From: a virus | Taxonomy: Duplodnaviria > Heunggongvirae > Uroviricota > Caudoviricetes | Reading direction: 5' to 3' (one strand) | DNA length: 54,473 bases | Virus record (IMG/VR): IMGVR_UViG_2588253749_000004 | Shown: in pieces, positions 1 through 13,319 of the stretch | Numbering within the stretch: the first letter of the stretch is position 1 | How the letters are laid out: each line of letters starts with the position of its first letter | Made by a program: the position numbers and the translations under genes | Notes under the pieces: model-generated | The model's input: the letters and a program-made list of their open reading frames with translations, nothing else | Told to the model about the DNA's origin: nothing | Databases searched by the model: none

Positions 1-1284
1 TTACAGACTTCTGGAAGGTTGCGCAGCTCTTACAACACGCGGTTGATCTTCCGCAGCGTCTTCCAGCGCACTTAAATCACGGTCTTTCACCTCTGGCATT
101 TTCAGCGCAGAGATTAAACCAATTACTGAATATGCCATGATCATAATGGCGATCGGATACCAGGATTCCGTCATGGTGCAGAAAATACCCGCCAGGATAG
201 GACCAAAACCGGAAGCGATAAGACCACCAATTTCTTTAGAAATAGCCATCCGGGTAAAGCGGTTTTTACAGCCGAACATTTCTGCCATGGTAATGTTTTC
301 CAGAGCAAATAATCCCAGCACCGCACAGTTATGAATCACAATCAGTGCAACCATAATGGTGCTCGGGGCATAGCTTTTATCTACAATGATAGAAAGCATT
401 GGCCATGCCAGCACAATCGCGGAGGTATTCATAATAATATACGGGATCCGGCGACCAATTTTATCGGATAACCAACCAAGGAACGGAATGGTCATAAAGC
501 CGAGAATCGAACTGATCATCAATGCATCTGTTGGAATTGCTTTGTTAAACAATAACGTCTGCACTAAATAGCCTGCAAGGAAAGTCTGAATTAACCCGGA
601 GTTACCCGCCTGACCAAAACGCAGCCCTGTTGCCAGCCAGAAGGATTTGCTCTGGAACATGCTACCAGCAGGTGCAGGTTTTGCTGTCGGTTGGTTACTG
701 TCGTTAACCTTCTCAAAGACCGGGCTTTCTTTCAGATTCATACGCAACCAGATAGCAAAGACCATCACGACAACGCTCGCCAGGAACGGTATACGCCATC
801 CCCACGCCAGCAGTTCCTCTTTACTGAGAATGAAGAACATAAAGGCCCAGATTGCCGTTGCGCTCAAGGTTCCGCAGTTAGTTCCCATAGCCACAAATGA
901 GGAGATAATTCCGCGCTTACCTTTTGGCGCATATTCCGCCAGCATCGTACCGGCACCGGAAATTTCCGCACCTGCACCCAACCCCTGAATAATACGCAAC
1001 GTCACCAGCAAGATGGGTGCAAAAACACCAATCTGTGCATAGGTCGGTAACACACCAATTAAGGTGGTACAGATCCCCATCATGGTGATGGTAATAAAGA
1101 GCACTTTTTTACGCCCTATTCTGTCGCCCATTTTGCCGAAAATAAATGCTCCGACAATACGCGCCACATAACCTGCACCGTAGGTTCCCATTGCCAGAAT
1201 TAACGCCATTGCCGTTGATGATTCAGGAAAAAATATTTCATGAAACACTAACGCTGCGCCGAGCGAATATAACTGGAAATCCAT
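1..1284 (-). CDS. ydfJ: MFS (metabolite:H+ symporter type) transporter YdfJ, apparently 5'-truncated at the prophage junction
   Basis: 427-aa ORF with multi-TM MFS character. It begins MDFQLY, which looks like the conserved TM1 motif (EWYDFxLYG) without its leading residues, and an in-frame TGA lies two codons upstream of the ATG. Recognised from memory as E. coli YdfJ. Confidence 0.8.
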   Translation of the reverse strand: MDFQLYSLGAALVFHEIFFPESSTAMALILAMGTYGAGYVARIVGAFIFGKMGDRIGRKKVLFITITMMGICTTLIGVLPTYAQIGVFAPILLVTLRIIQGLGAGAEISGAGTMLAEYAPKGKRGIISSFVAMGTNCGTLSATAIWAFMFFILSKEELLAWGWRIPFLASVVVMVFAIWLRMNLKESPVFEKVNDSNQPTAKPAPAGSMFQSKSFWLATGLRFGQAGNSGLIQTFLAGYLVQTLLFNKAIPTDALMISSILGFMTIPFLGWLSDKIGRRIPYIIMNTSAIVLAWPMLSIIVDKSYAPSTIMVALIVIHNCAVLGLFALENITMAEMFGCKNRFTRMAISKEIGGLIASGFGPILAGIFCTMTESWYPIAIMIMAYSVIGLISALKMPEVKDRDLSALEDAAEDQPRVVRAAQPSRSL

Positions 1285-2069
1285 AATTCACAGGTGTTTT
1301 TTCCCATCCTGTGGTTTCCTTGGCGTTTTCTAGGTTTTTTCAGATAGTTGCATTTTTTAAAAAGCATCCTAAGTTCGATCTCAGTGTCTATCTGGGGCCT
1401 ATTTCTGTCCCATATATGCCCCAAAAAAACTCCCCAACAGATAAGTAGTTTTTTCATGGATTTATGCGTAAAATCAAGAACGGCTGGAAATCATTCAATA
1501 CTCACACTATCGAAAAATTTACCAGCCAACCGCAGCACGTTCTTGCATAAGGCGTGTCTGCGGTTTTTCAACTATTCAGATACATCACTCCCATCACATT
1601 CATTCCTCCGCATCAAAGGCATATAGGCTATATCACCTTGATATTTTTCTTCTTCAGATAAAAACTGTTATCTATGTATACTTTTAAACCCAATCCGTGT
1701 AGAGTCTCTGCATAAGATAGTTTGCAGTTGCCGCTTCAGCTTGCGCCATAAACCGCCTGATTTTTGCTGCCACCTGTTAGCATTCCTGTATACCTGAAAC
1801 GACAATGTTTATCTACGAACTTTAAGAACACCCAAGATAAAAATTGTCAACTATATCATATATAACACATTACTAATTCGAGGCTATATGAACAGCATAC
1901 TGATAATCACTTCTCTCCTTATCATATTCAGCATTTTTAGTCATGCCCTAATAAAATTAGGGATTGGCATATCCAATAACCCAGACAAAACCGATGTATA
2001 AGCCAACATATCCTGAATCAGACATACAATATCGCAATGAAAATCAATAATATTTTAAGGAATATCTTC

Positions 2070-2303
2070 ATGAAATCAAAAGACACCCTAAAGTGGTTCC
2101 CTGCGCAGCTTCCTGAAGTAAGAATTATCCTAGGGGATGCTGTAGTGGAAGTAGCAAAACAGGGAAGACCTATCAATACCAGAACATTGCTTGATTACAT
2201 TGAAGGAAACATAAAGAAAAAATCATGGCTGGATAACAAAGAATTATTACAAACAGCGATATCAGTTCTTAAAGACAACCAAAATTTAAATGGTAAAATG
2301 TAA
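2070..2303 (+). CDS. ydfK: YdfK/YnaE-family cold-shock-induced prophage protein
   Basis: ORF 2037-2303; sequence from MKSKDTLKWFPAQLPEVRIILGD matches my recollection of Qin/Rac YdfK/YnaE. Start chosen at the internal Met; uncertain. Confidence 0.65.
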   Translation: MKSKDTLKWFPAQLPEVRIILGDAVVEVAKQGRPINTRTLLDYIEGNIKKKSWLDNKELLQTAISVLKDNQNLNGKM

Positions 2304-2619
2304 TATAATAAACTTACTTTTTTATCATTTTTCCACTTTAACAACATTTTGCTCCACTTTTCCACGACCAAACAACTTGAAATCTGGTTAAAATAACACG
2401 CAACACTATTCTTCTTCCTTGAATCCGCCCGGAACTCGAAAAACAAACCGAGTTAAAGCCATTTTTCACAAAATCGATTTTGGGTCTCACCAAAATTACG
2501 GGGTTGCATACGCATTCGTTTATTTTCGAACGTGTACATACAAATATGTACAAAAATAATCAAAATTATTTTCTGAGATGCATTATGATATGAACACCAA
2601 TTTCGTATAGAATCTCACT

Positions 2620-3210
2620 ATGTCTCGAATTTTTGCTTACTGTCGGATATCAACGCTGGATCAGACCACCGAAAATCAACGCCGGGAAATCGAAAGTGCA
2701 GGTTTTAAAATCAAACCTCAGCAAATAATCGAAGAACACATTAGCGGCTCAGCAGCAACCAGTGAGCGTCCTGGTTTTAACCGGTTGCTTGCTCGCCTGA
2801 AATGTGGTGATCAATTGATTGTGACAAAACTGGATCGCCTTGGTTGTAATGCAATGGATATCAGGAAAACAGTGGAACAACTGACCGAAACAGGTATCAG
2901 AGTGCATTGCTTAGCATTGGGGGGCATTGACCTGACCAGTCCAACAGGAAAAATGATGATGCAAGTAATTTCAGCAGTCGCTGAATTTGAACGAGACCTT
3001 TTACTTGAACGCACTCATTCCGGGATAGTAAGAGCCCGCGGCGCAGGGAAACGTTTTGGTCGACCACCTGTGTTAAATGAAGAACAGAAACAGGTGGTAT
3101 TCGAACGAATTAAGTCAGGTGTAAGTATAAGTGCCATTGCCCGGGAATTCAAAACCTCGCGGCAAACCATTTTAAGAGCCAAAGCAAAACTTCAGACACC
3201 TGACATATAA
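2620..3210 (+). CDS. pin: Serine recombinase, Pin/Gin/Hin-family DNA invertase
   Basis: 196 aa. N-terminal resolvase catalytic region (YCRISTLDQ, catalytic Ser) and C-terminal HTH; adjacent to tail-fibre genes as in e14/Mu/P1. Confidence 0.9.
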
Positions 3211-3307
3211 AAAATAATCTCGGTGTGAGATGCTTTACGTCTTCCAAGCCCCCTTCCTTGCCGTAAATGGAAAGATACATCTAATTATAGAATTTATATG
3301 TTTTACC

Positions 3308-3883
3308 CTACGGCAGTGCTGGCCATTCAATATCCTGTGCAGTTGACGTATCAACACGGTTCAGCAATACCCGATACTTTTTCCATGCTTCCAGCAACGA
3401 GATTTCTTCCTCCGTTGCAATTTCCAGATCTGCAGCATCCTGAAGCGGCGCAATATGCTCACTGGCTACCTGCATCAGGTTGTTTTTTGTTTCTTCCGCC
3501 TCCCGGATCCGGAACAGTTTTTCTGCTTCCGTATCCTTCACCCAGGCTGTGCCGTTCCACTTCTGAAACTCCCCTTCCGGGGATAACCAGGTGACATTTT
3601 CCGGTAATGGGCCAAGTTCAGAAATAAATAACGCGTCGCCGGAAGCCACGTCATAGACGGTTTTACCCCGATGATCTTCAACGAGATGCCACGATGCCTC
3701 ATCACTGTTGAAAACAGCCACGAAGCCAGCCGGAATATCTGGCGGTGCAATATAGGAACTGTTTGCTGGCAGACCTGTATGAGGCGGAATATATGCGTCA
3801 CCTTCACCAATAAATTCATTAGTTCCTGCCAGCAGATTATAAATTTTTATGGTCCGTGGTTGTTCACTCATTCTGAATGCCAT
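3308..3883 (-). CDS. tfa: Tail fibre assembly protein (Tfa)
   Basis: 191 aa, immediately downstream of and overlapping the stf stop; sequence typical of lambdoid Tfa chaperones. Confidence 0.85.
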   Translation of the reverse strand: MAFRMSEQPRTIKIYNLLAGTNEFIGEGDAYIPPHTGLPANSSYIAPPDIPAGFVAVFNSDEASWHLVEDHRGKTVYDVASGDALFISELGPLPENVTWLSPEGEFQKWNGTAWVKDTEAEKLFRIREAEETKNNLMQVASEHIAPLQDAADLEIATEEEISLLEAWKKYRVLLNRVDTSTAQDIEWPALP

Positions 3884-6804
3884 TATGCAAGCCTCACAAT
3901 GTAGTTAAATGCGATGTTTTTGACAGTGTTTTCCGCGTTACCAGCAGCGTTAACGGTGATGGTGTGTCCATGTGAGCCAATCGCAACAGAGTGCGTATGA
4001 GCACCAATACCGACAGTATGTGCGTGAGCACCTGCAGATGCAGCTGTGCCGCTGACACTATGAGTGTGCGCTCCTGCAGCACTTGTATTCACACTGGCCG
4101 CAGACACTACCTTATGTACTGACCCATTTTGTGACCACTGGCTGACTGCTGATGCGCCTGTGACACTATGAGTATGGTTTCCGGCACTTGCGGCTGTACC
4201 GCTCACACTGTGCGTATGCGCCCCGGTGTTATTCGTGGATTTAGTGCCGTAATCAAACGACGATGTGGTTTTCGTCCCCAAATCCGTACTGGATGCACTG
4301 GCGCTGTGGGTGTGCGATTTAATGCCGTCCTGTTCCTGAGACAATACGGCCCGACCACTGGCAGGTTTGCCCTTAATCGTCCAGCCACGCATATCAGGGA
4401 TCACGCCTGACGGATAAGCGGTTGCAAGTTTCGGGTAAGCGGATTTGTCAAAAGTCTGCCCCTGCATCAGGGCATAACCAGACGGAACGGTATCTGATGG
4501 CCACGGGATTGGTGCGCCAGGCGGATAAAACTGCTCTGATGGCGTATAGAGTGAATAAACTGTACCGTCCGTTAACCCTTCCGGCTTATTAGCAGAATAT
4601 GCTGGTGACGTATGAATAGTCACGCTGGCATTACTGGTATAATCCCATTGAATATTTACACCAGTCGCATAATTTCCGATTGCAACGTAAATATCGTAAG
4701 TATCACCAGATGTATTGACCCAGGCAAAATTTGTAAACCCTGTCGATGTGCGCTGCCATAAAGCACCAGTAATCCCCTTCGGATTACCATTACCTGCACG
4801 CAAAACAAGTTCAGATATACCTGCCTGTTGAGGTGACCCCACGTTAAATCCCGCGCCACCAATCAACGTAATTGAAACAACAGAACTCGCCTGTGGCATG
4901 GTTACCGTTGCTAATTTGAACCAACCAGCACCACCGCTGAATGACATTGTTGTTGAGTTAAGCGTACCAATATCTTTCGGCGTCAGTGTTATATCCGCTG
5001 AAAGCGCCTTACCATTCACCTTACGGGCAGAAGGTACCCGACCATTCGCATTATCATTAGCTGCTTTCACTGCTTTCGGTGTCGCGGCAAGCGTTTCAGA
5101 TGCGCTGTTGGTTGCACTACTGAGCTGGACAATTCCTTTTTGTGCTGTCGTAGCGTCCTGAGCAGTATATTTCCCGTTAGCAAGGTCATAGGCTGCCTTT
5201 ACCGACTTTGGCGTTGCCGCCAGCATTTCAGATGTGCTGTTGGTCGCGCTGCTGAGCTGAACTATCCCTTTCTGTGCTGTCGTTGCATCCTGTGCGGTGT
5301 ATTTCCCGTTAGCCAGCTCATACGCGGCCTTAACGGCTTTTGGCGTTGCCGCCAGTGACTCGGAAGTGCTGTTAGTCGCACTGCTGAGCTGTACTATCCC
5401 CTTTTTCGTCGTGCTCGCATCCTCAAGCGCCACGGCGGATGCAATATCCTCTGCCCGTTTTGCCGCTGTCTCGGCGCGCGTTGCCGCGGATTCCGCCGTA
5501 CTTTTGCTCTGAGCTGCCGCCGTCGCACTGCCAGCTGCCTCTGTCGCCTTCGTGGATGCCGTCGTGGCGCTGCCCTTTGCTGCTGACGCCTGTCTGGTCG
5601 CCTCATCTTTTGAAGAAGACGCAGATGATGCCGATGACGCCGCCGAACTGGCGGACGATGCGGCAGCCGTTTTTGAGGATTCTGCGCTGGTTTCCGACGC
5701 TTTCGCGTTCGTCTCGGATGTCTTCGCTGCGGAAGCAGACCTCGCTGCTGCGCTGGCCTGTTCAGTGGCTTCGCCAGCCTTCGTTGTGGCTGTTGAAGCG
5801 GACGATGCGGCGCTTTCTGCCGATTTTCCGGCAGCGGTGGCACTGGCTGAGGCCTGCCCGGCACTTGTTGACGCGGCACTGGCAGACGACGCAGCCGCTG
5901 TTTTTGAGCCTGCCGCAGCTGAGGCGCTCTGTCCCGCTGCCGTCTCAGAAGACCTGGCGTTCGTCTCGGACGTTTTTGCCGCCTTCGCGGAATTTGCTGC
6001 CGCCGTTGCCGAGGAAGCTGCGCTACTGGCGCTCGAGGATGCGTTCGTTTCTGATGATTTTGCCGCCTCTTTTGAAGCCGACGCATCCCGGGCTGAGGTG
6101 GCAGCTTCTGACGCTTTCGTAGTCGCGGTGGATGCAGAAGTGGCGGCTGATTGTTGTGACGCTGCAGCATTCGTTTCTGACGTTTTCGCGGCAGCGGCAC
6201 TGGTAGCTGCCGCGCTTTTTGAGGACTCTGCAGCGGCAGCACTTTTTTCCGCTTCAGTGGCCTTTGTTGATGCCGTTCCTGCGCTGGAAGACGCTGACTG
6301 AGCCGACGACGCGGCCTGTCCGGCTGACGTGCTGGCTGCACGTGCTGAATCTGCAGCATCAGTCGCATGGGTTGCCGCCTCACGGGCAGATGTGCCGGCA
6401 TCACTGGCTGACTTCTTCGCGGCTGCCGTGTTCTGTGCCACCACGGACGCGTTACGCGCCACCTCTTCCACCATCTGTTCAAAACGGCGCAGTGCCTCCG
6501 GACGGGCATCATCCTCCGTCATGGCACCGAGAAAATCATTCAGCGTACCGGGTTGAGAATCTTCATACACGGTGATGGTCCCGGCATGTGACGGCGGGAA
6601 TCCTTCCACCAACAGAATAACGCTGTACTGCCCGTACTCAACGTCCATGCTGTAACGCCCGGCTTCATCCGGATTTTCTGAGGCCAGCGTGTTCACCACC
6701 ACCGTGGTGCTGTTACGTTTTGCTTTCAGCTGGATTGTGCAGTTCTGTACCGGTTTTCCTGTGCCGTCTTTCAGTACACCTGAAATCTTTACTGCCATAT
6801 TCAC
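3883..6804 (-). CDS. stf: Side tail fibre protein (Stf)
   Basis: 973 aa. Long Ala/Ser/Thr-rich low-complexity central region, three tandem ~44-aa phage tail-fibre repeats ([14 protein letters not shown]...), C-terminal HxH-rich receptor-binding region. Confidence 0.85.
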   Translation of the reverse strand: MNMAVKISGVLKDGTGKPVQNCTIQLKAKRNSTTVVVNTLASENPDEAGRYSMDVEYGQYSVILLVEGFPPSHAGTITVYEDSQPGTLNDFLGAMTEDDARPEALRRFEQMVEEVARNASVVAQNTAAAKKSASDAGTSAREAATHATDAADSARAASTSAGQAASSAQSASSSAGTASTKATEAEKSAAAAESSKSAAATSAAAAKTSETNAAASQQSAATSASTATTKASEAATSARDASASKEAAKSSETNASSSASSAASSATAAANSAKAAKTSETNARSSETAAGQSASAAAGSKTAAASSASAASTSAGQASASATAAGKSAESAASSASTATTKAGEATEQASAAARSASAAKTSETNAKASETSAESSKTAAASSASSAASSASSASSSKDEATRQASAAKGSATTASTKATEAAGSATAAAQSKSTAESAATRAETAAKRAEDIASAVALEDASTTKKGIVQLSSATNSTSESLAATPKAVKAAYELANGKYTAQDATTAQKGIVQLSSATNSTSEMLAATPKSVKAAYDLANGKYTAQDATTAQKGIVQLSSATNSASETLAATPKAVKAANDNANGRVPSARKVNGKALSADITLTPKDIGTLNSTTMSFSGGAGWFKLATVTMPQASSVVSITLIGGAGFNVGSPQQAGISELVLRAGNGNPKGITGALWQRTSTGFTNFAWVNTSGDTYDIYVAIGNYATGVNIQWDYTSNASVTIHTSPAYSANKPEGLTDGTVYSLYTPSEQFYPPGAPIPWPSDTVPSGYALMQGQTFDKSAYPKLATAYPSGVIPDMRGWTIKGKPASGRAVLSQEQDGIKSHTHSASASSTDLGTKTTSSFDYGTKSTNNTGAHTHSVSGTAASAGNHTHSVTGASAVSQWSQNGSVHKVVSAASVNTSAAGAHTHSVSGTAASAGAHAHTVGIGAHTHSVAIGSHGHTITVNAAGNAENTVKNIAFNYIVRLA
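5060..5410 (-). repeat. About 2.7 tandem copies of a ~132-bp coding repeat inside stf
   Basis: Near-identical DNA blocks visible in the sequence; they encode the repeated [15 protein letters not shown](S/M/T)LAATPK(A/S)VKAAY segment. Confidence 0.7.
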
Positions 6805-6810
6805 CCCACA

Positions 6811-6835
6811 AAAAAGCCCGCCTGAACCGGCGGGC
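6811..6835 (-). terminator. Putative intrinsic terminator between lom and stf
   Basis: On the minus strand: GC stem gcccgcc/ggcgggc with a short loop, followed by a T-run. Confidence 0.45.
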
Positions 6836-6862
6836 TGTCATAACACTGTGTTACCTGGCTAA

Positions 6863-7462
6863 TCAGAACTTATAACCGACACCCACGATGAAACCGTCAG
6901 TGCGCCAGTCGCCACTGCCGGAGCCTTCATAAGCAATATCAATGGCCACGGATTCGGTCGGGTTAAACTGCACGCCAGCTCCCCACGCCAGAGACGTGTT
7001 GCTGTGGCGACCGTCATCACTTCCGGTCAGCACGTCGTGCGTTTTCCCCTTGTTGTCAGTTACGCGGAGATAATCCCCGGAGAAAGTCGACACACGGCTG
7101 TAAGCCACACCCGCCATCGCATACGCGCTGAACCATTCATTCACGCGTACAGACGGCCCCACCATCACGCTGAACCAGCGGTTACGCACGGAATCTTCAT
7201 GCCAGCGGGTATCGCTGTAACGGGTAAGCTGGCGATTCTTGTCTCCTGCATAGCTGAATGACGTCACCAGCCCCAGTGTGTCCGTAAACTCATAACGGTA
7301 TTTCACGTTAATCCCGTTCAGATCATCACTGCCGGGAACGTTCGTCTGGGCATGAAGATACCCCGCGCTCAGCGTGGACTGATGTTCAGACGCCCATGCA
7401 GGCGCACCGGATACGGCCAGACAAATGGCTGCGGACAAAATGGCGGCATAAAGTTTACGCAT
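6863..7462 (-). CDS. lom: Lom outer-membrane protein (Ail/Lom family)
   Basis: 199 aa, signal peptide, beta-barrel OMP features, C-terminal ...GYKF; located between J and stf as in lambda. Confidence 0.9.
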
Positions 7463-7484
7463 AATTACCTCTCGCTTTTCTGCA

Positions 7485-7510
7485 ATAAAAAAGGCGTCAT
7501 TTCTGACGCC
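7485..7510 (-). terminator. Putative intrinsic terminator downstream of J
   Basis: On the minus strand: stem ggcgtca/tgacgcc followed by TTTTTT. Confidence 0.4.
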
Positions 7511-7528
7511 CGTTCTGGGTTATAAAAT

Positions 7529-10930
<3,402 letters not shown>

Positions 10931-10987
10931 TCACGCTCCATAAACGATAAAACCGCCCGGAGGCGGTTTCACATAAAACATTTTGCA

Positions 10988-11635
10988 TCAGCGACCAATC
11001 ACCACAACCTGACCACCATCCCCTTCGTCTGCCGTGCTGATCTCCTGAGAAACCACACGTGACCCCACGCGCATTTCACCGTACAGAACAGGCAGAACAT
11101 TGCCCTGGGCAACCATGTTATCCAGTGAGGAGAAATAGGTGTTCTGTTTGCCGTTATCTGTACTGGCTGCCGTGGGCGTCCTGGCTTTCGGTGCCAGCAT
11201 CTGCGCCACTCCGCCCAGGATCATACTGGCCCCTGCCGCATACATGCCCGATACAGCCGCGGCCCCCAGCCAGCCCACAGGGTTCCACCATGCCACCGCA
11301 ATCAGCGCCGCCCCAAGCACCACCTGAAACACACCGCCACTTTTAGCTCCCGCCAGACGCGGCACGATGTGGATCACGGCACCATTTGCCAGCGGCTCAT
11401 TAAGACGGGCAGATAATTCATTTTCGCCTGCATCACGCCCGGCAATGCGCACCTGATACCAGCCCTCATTCAGTTTCTGACGAAACACCGGGAGCTGTGT
11501 GGCCAGTGCCCGGATGGCTTCAGCCCCCGTTTTCACACGAAGGTCGATACGGCGACCAAATCGTTGCAAATCCCCGTAAAGGCAGATGCGTGCCATGCCC
11601 GGTGACGCCAGAGGGAGTGTGTGCGTCGCTGCCAT
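10988..11635 (-). CDS. I: Tail assembly protein I
   Basis: About 215 aa between K and J; start may be at a downstream Met, and it overlaps the K 3' end. Confidence 0.8.
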   Translation of the reverse strand: MAATHTLPLASPGMARICLYGDLQRFGRRIDLRVKTGAEAIRALATQLPVFRQKLNEGWYQVRIAGRDAGENELSARLNEPLANGAVIHIVPRLAGAKSGGVFQVVLGAALIAVAWWNPVGWLGAAAVSGMYAAGASMILGGVAQMLAPKARTPTAASTDNGKQNTYFSSLDNMVAQGNVLPVLYGEMRVGSRVVSQEISTADEGDGGQVVVIGR

Positions 11636-12285
11636 TTGTCGGTGTACCTCTCTCGTTTACTCAGTTGTTCAGGAATATGGTGCAGCAGCTCGCCGTCGCC
11701 ACAGTAAATGGCGGCATGATTCGGCACCGATGAACCAAAACAGCACAGCAGCACATCGCCCGGCTGGGCCGCTGACAACGGCACCTGATACAACCCCGTT
11801 GCCTCCATATTATCCAGATAGAGATTCTGGCCGTGACGCCACCAGTCATCCCCGCGATGAAAATCCGGCATCTCAATTCCCGCCAGATGGTAAGCGTCCC
11901 GGAACAGCGTGTAACAGTCCGTCACCCCGTGCTCAAAGCGCCGCCCGGTGAGATGCGGCACACAGCGGAATTTATGAATCGCCCCCCGGCAGACCAGCCA
12001 CCACGGCAAATCACTCTGCACCTGCAGCCGCCGGTCGGCCTCACTCAGCCAGGGCAGACCACCGGGGTGGCTGTGGACCAGCGCCACAATCTCTCCCTGC
12101 ATTTCTGCACTCAGCCAGTCCTCCGGCGACATCCGGAAATACGCCTCCGGCTCACCAGAGATATTCACGCAGGGAAAATATCTTTCCCCCTCCGGTGTTC
12201 TCACCACGAAGCCGCACGACTCCGCTGGCGCACATCGCCGGGCGTGCGCCAGAATCGCTGATTCTGTCTCTGTCATGGGATTCAC
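11533..12285 (-). CDS. K: Tail assembly protein K (NlpC/P60 plus JAMM/MPN domains)
   Basis: 250 aa; HSHPGG metalloprotease-like motif; position between L and I. Confidence 0.85.
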   Translation of the reverse strand: MNPMTETESAILAHARRCAPAESCGFVVRTPEGERYFPCVNISGEPEAYFRMSPEDWLSAEMQGEIVALVHSHPGGLPWLSEADRRLQVQSDLPWWLVCRGAIHKFRCVPHLTGRRFEHGVTDCYTLFRDAYHLAGIEMPDFHRGDDWWRHGQNLYLDNMEATGLYQVPLSAAQPGDVLLCCFGSSVPNHAAIYCGDGELLHHIPEQLSKRERYTDKWQRRTHSLWRHRAWHASAFTGICNDLVAVSTFV

Positions 12286-12980
12286 TGCGAAAGTTTGTTA
12301 ATGGAAAGGAAGCCGCCAAAGTTGCCGACGTTATTGCGAAACTTACAGCCGCTCAGGCATTTGCTGCATTTATCCTTCGTGATATCGGACGTCGGCTGAT
12401 CATATTCATCCGCGACCGCCGGACCGTGATAACCGCACTCGTCACCGCGATAGGTCCAGGTGCAGGTGTTGGCCAGCATGATGCGCCCCGGAAAAACGGC
12501 ACCGTCCGTTTCCGTCGGCGTGGACAGTACAAAAGAGGCACTCACCGCGCTCAGTTCGCTGCACTGCTCGATGCGCCAGCGGCTGATCACCTCCTGCTCC
12601 GGATCGGCGTCACTGTTTCCGTTGACGAAGTTCACCGCATCCAGAAAACGGGCGTAAACCTTACGCCTGACCACCGTTCCGCCGACCAGACTCTGCAGAT
12701 CTTCCGCCATCCCGGTGACCATGCCGTGCAGGTTAGAAACCGTCAGTGTCGGACGGGCAGCACTGCCCTTGCCATTCAGTTCAAATCCCGTCCCCTGAAT
12801 GGGGTATGCCTGATACTGCCGCCCCTGCCAGGTAACCGGCTCACCTTTTTCGTTCTGCTCATTACAGAAAAAATAACGTTCACCACCGACCTCTGTCAGA
12901 TCGATTTCCCAGAGCACCACCTGGGCTGACTGAGTGAGGCGTGTCGTCTCATGATGTGTTTCCTGTGGAATATCCTGCAT
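12282..12980 (-). CDS. L: Minor tail protein L
   Basis: 232 aa, same as lambda gpL; Cys-rich C-terminus; synteny. Confidence 0.9.
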   Translation of the reverse strand: MQDIPQETHHETTRLTQSAQVVLWEIDLTEVGGERYFFCNEQNEKGEPVTWQGRQYQAYPIQGTGFELNGKGSAARPTLTVSNLHGMVTGMAEDLQSLVGGTVVRRKVYARFLDAVNFVNGNSDADPEQEVISRWRIEQCSELSAVSASFVLSTPTETDGAVFPGRIMLANTCTWTYRGDECGYHGPAVADEYDQPTSDITKDKCSKCLSGCKFRNNVGNFGGFLSINKLSQ

Positions 12981-12989
12981 CAGAGCCTC

Positions 12990-13319
12990 CTATGCCACGA
13001 CCTGTTCAAAATCTGCCGTTATGGTTACCCACAACGCCCCCACGCTTGCCGACCATTTACGACAAACCACCCTGATCGGCTTCCAGTCATAAGGTGGCGT
13101 CCACTGAAATGCGCGGACGCCACCGTGCCGTTCCAGAAAGGCTTTTAAAGATGGGTGTTCACATTTACGAACACGTATCGTCACGCTGTAAATCGACAAC
13201 TGGTTATTCAGTCCCGCCGCACGACGCTGTTCATAACCATCGCCCAGCTTCACTGTCACCACTTTCGGCTCTGATACCACATTCATATCCGGGCGCACTT
13301 TCCAGTGAAACGTCTCCAT
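12990..13319 (-). CDS. M: Minor tail protein M
   Basis: 109 aa, same as lambda gpM; synteny. Confidence 0.9.
   Translation of the reverse strand: METFHWKVRPDMNVVSEPKVVTVKLGDGYEQRRAAGLNNQLSIYSVTIRVRKCEHPSLKAFLERHGGVRAFQWTPPYDWKPIRVVCRKWSASVGALWVTITADFEQVVA

Noticed and set aside
3211-3307. Possible Pin crossover (gix/pix-like) site in the tfa-pin spacer
   Set aside because: Only a weak palindrome is visible and no matching partner site was found by eye within stf; kept as a low-confidence note in the findings rather than annotated as a feature.
5394-6512. Large alternative-frame and antisense ORFs (372-aa Arg/Pro-rich, 249-aa and 227-aa) within the stf low-complexity region
   Set aside because: They overlap the Ala/Ser/Thr-rich repeat region of stf and have extreme amino-acid composition; they are frame artefacts of GC-rich repetitive coding DNA.
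11586-12261. Several plus-strand ORFs (121-142 aa) overlapping tail genes K and L
   Set aside because: Antisense to well-supported tail genes, Pro/Arg-rich.
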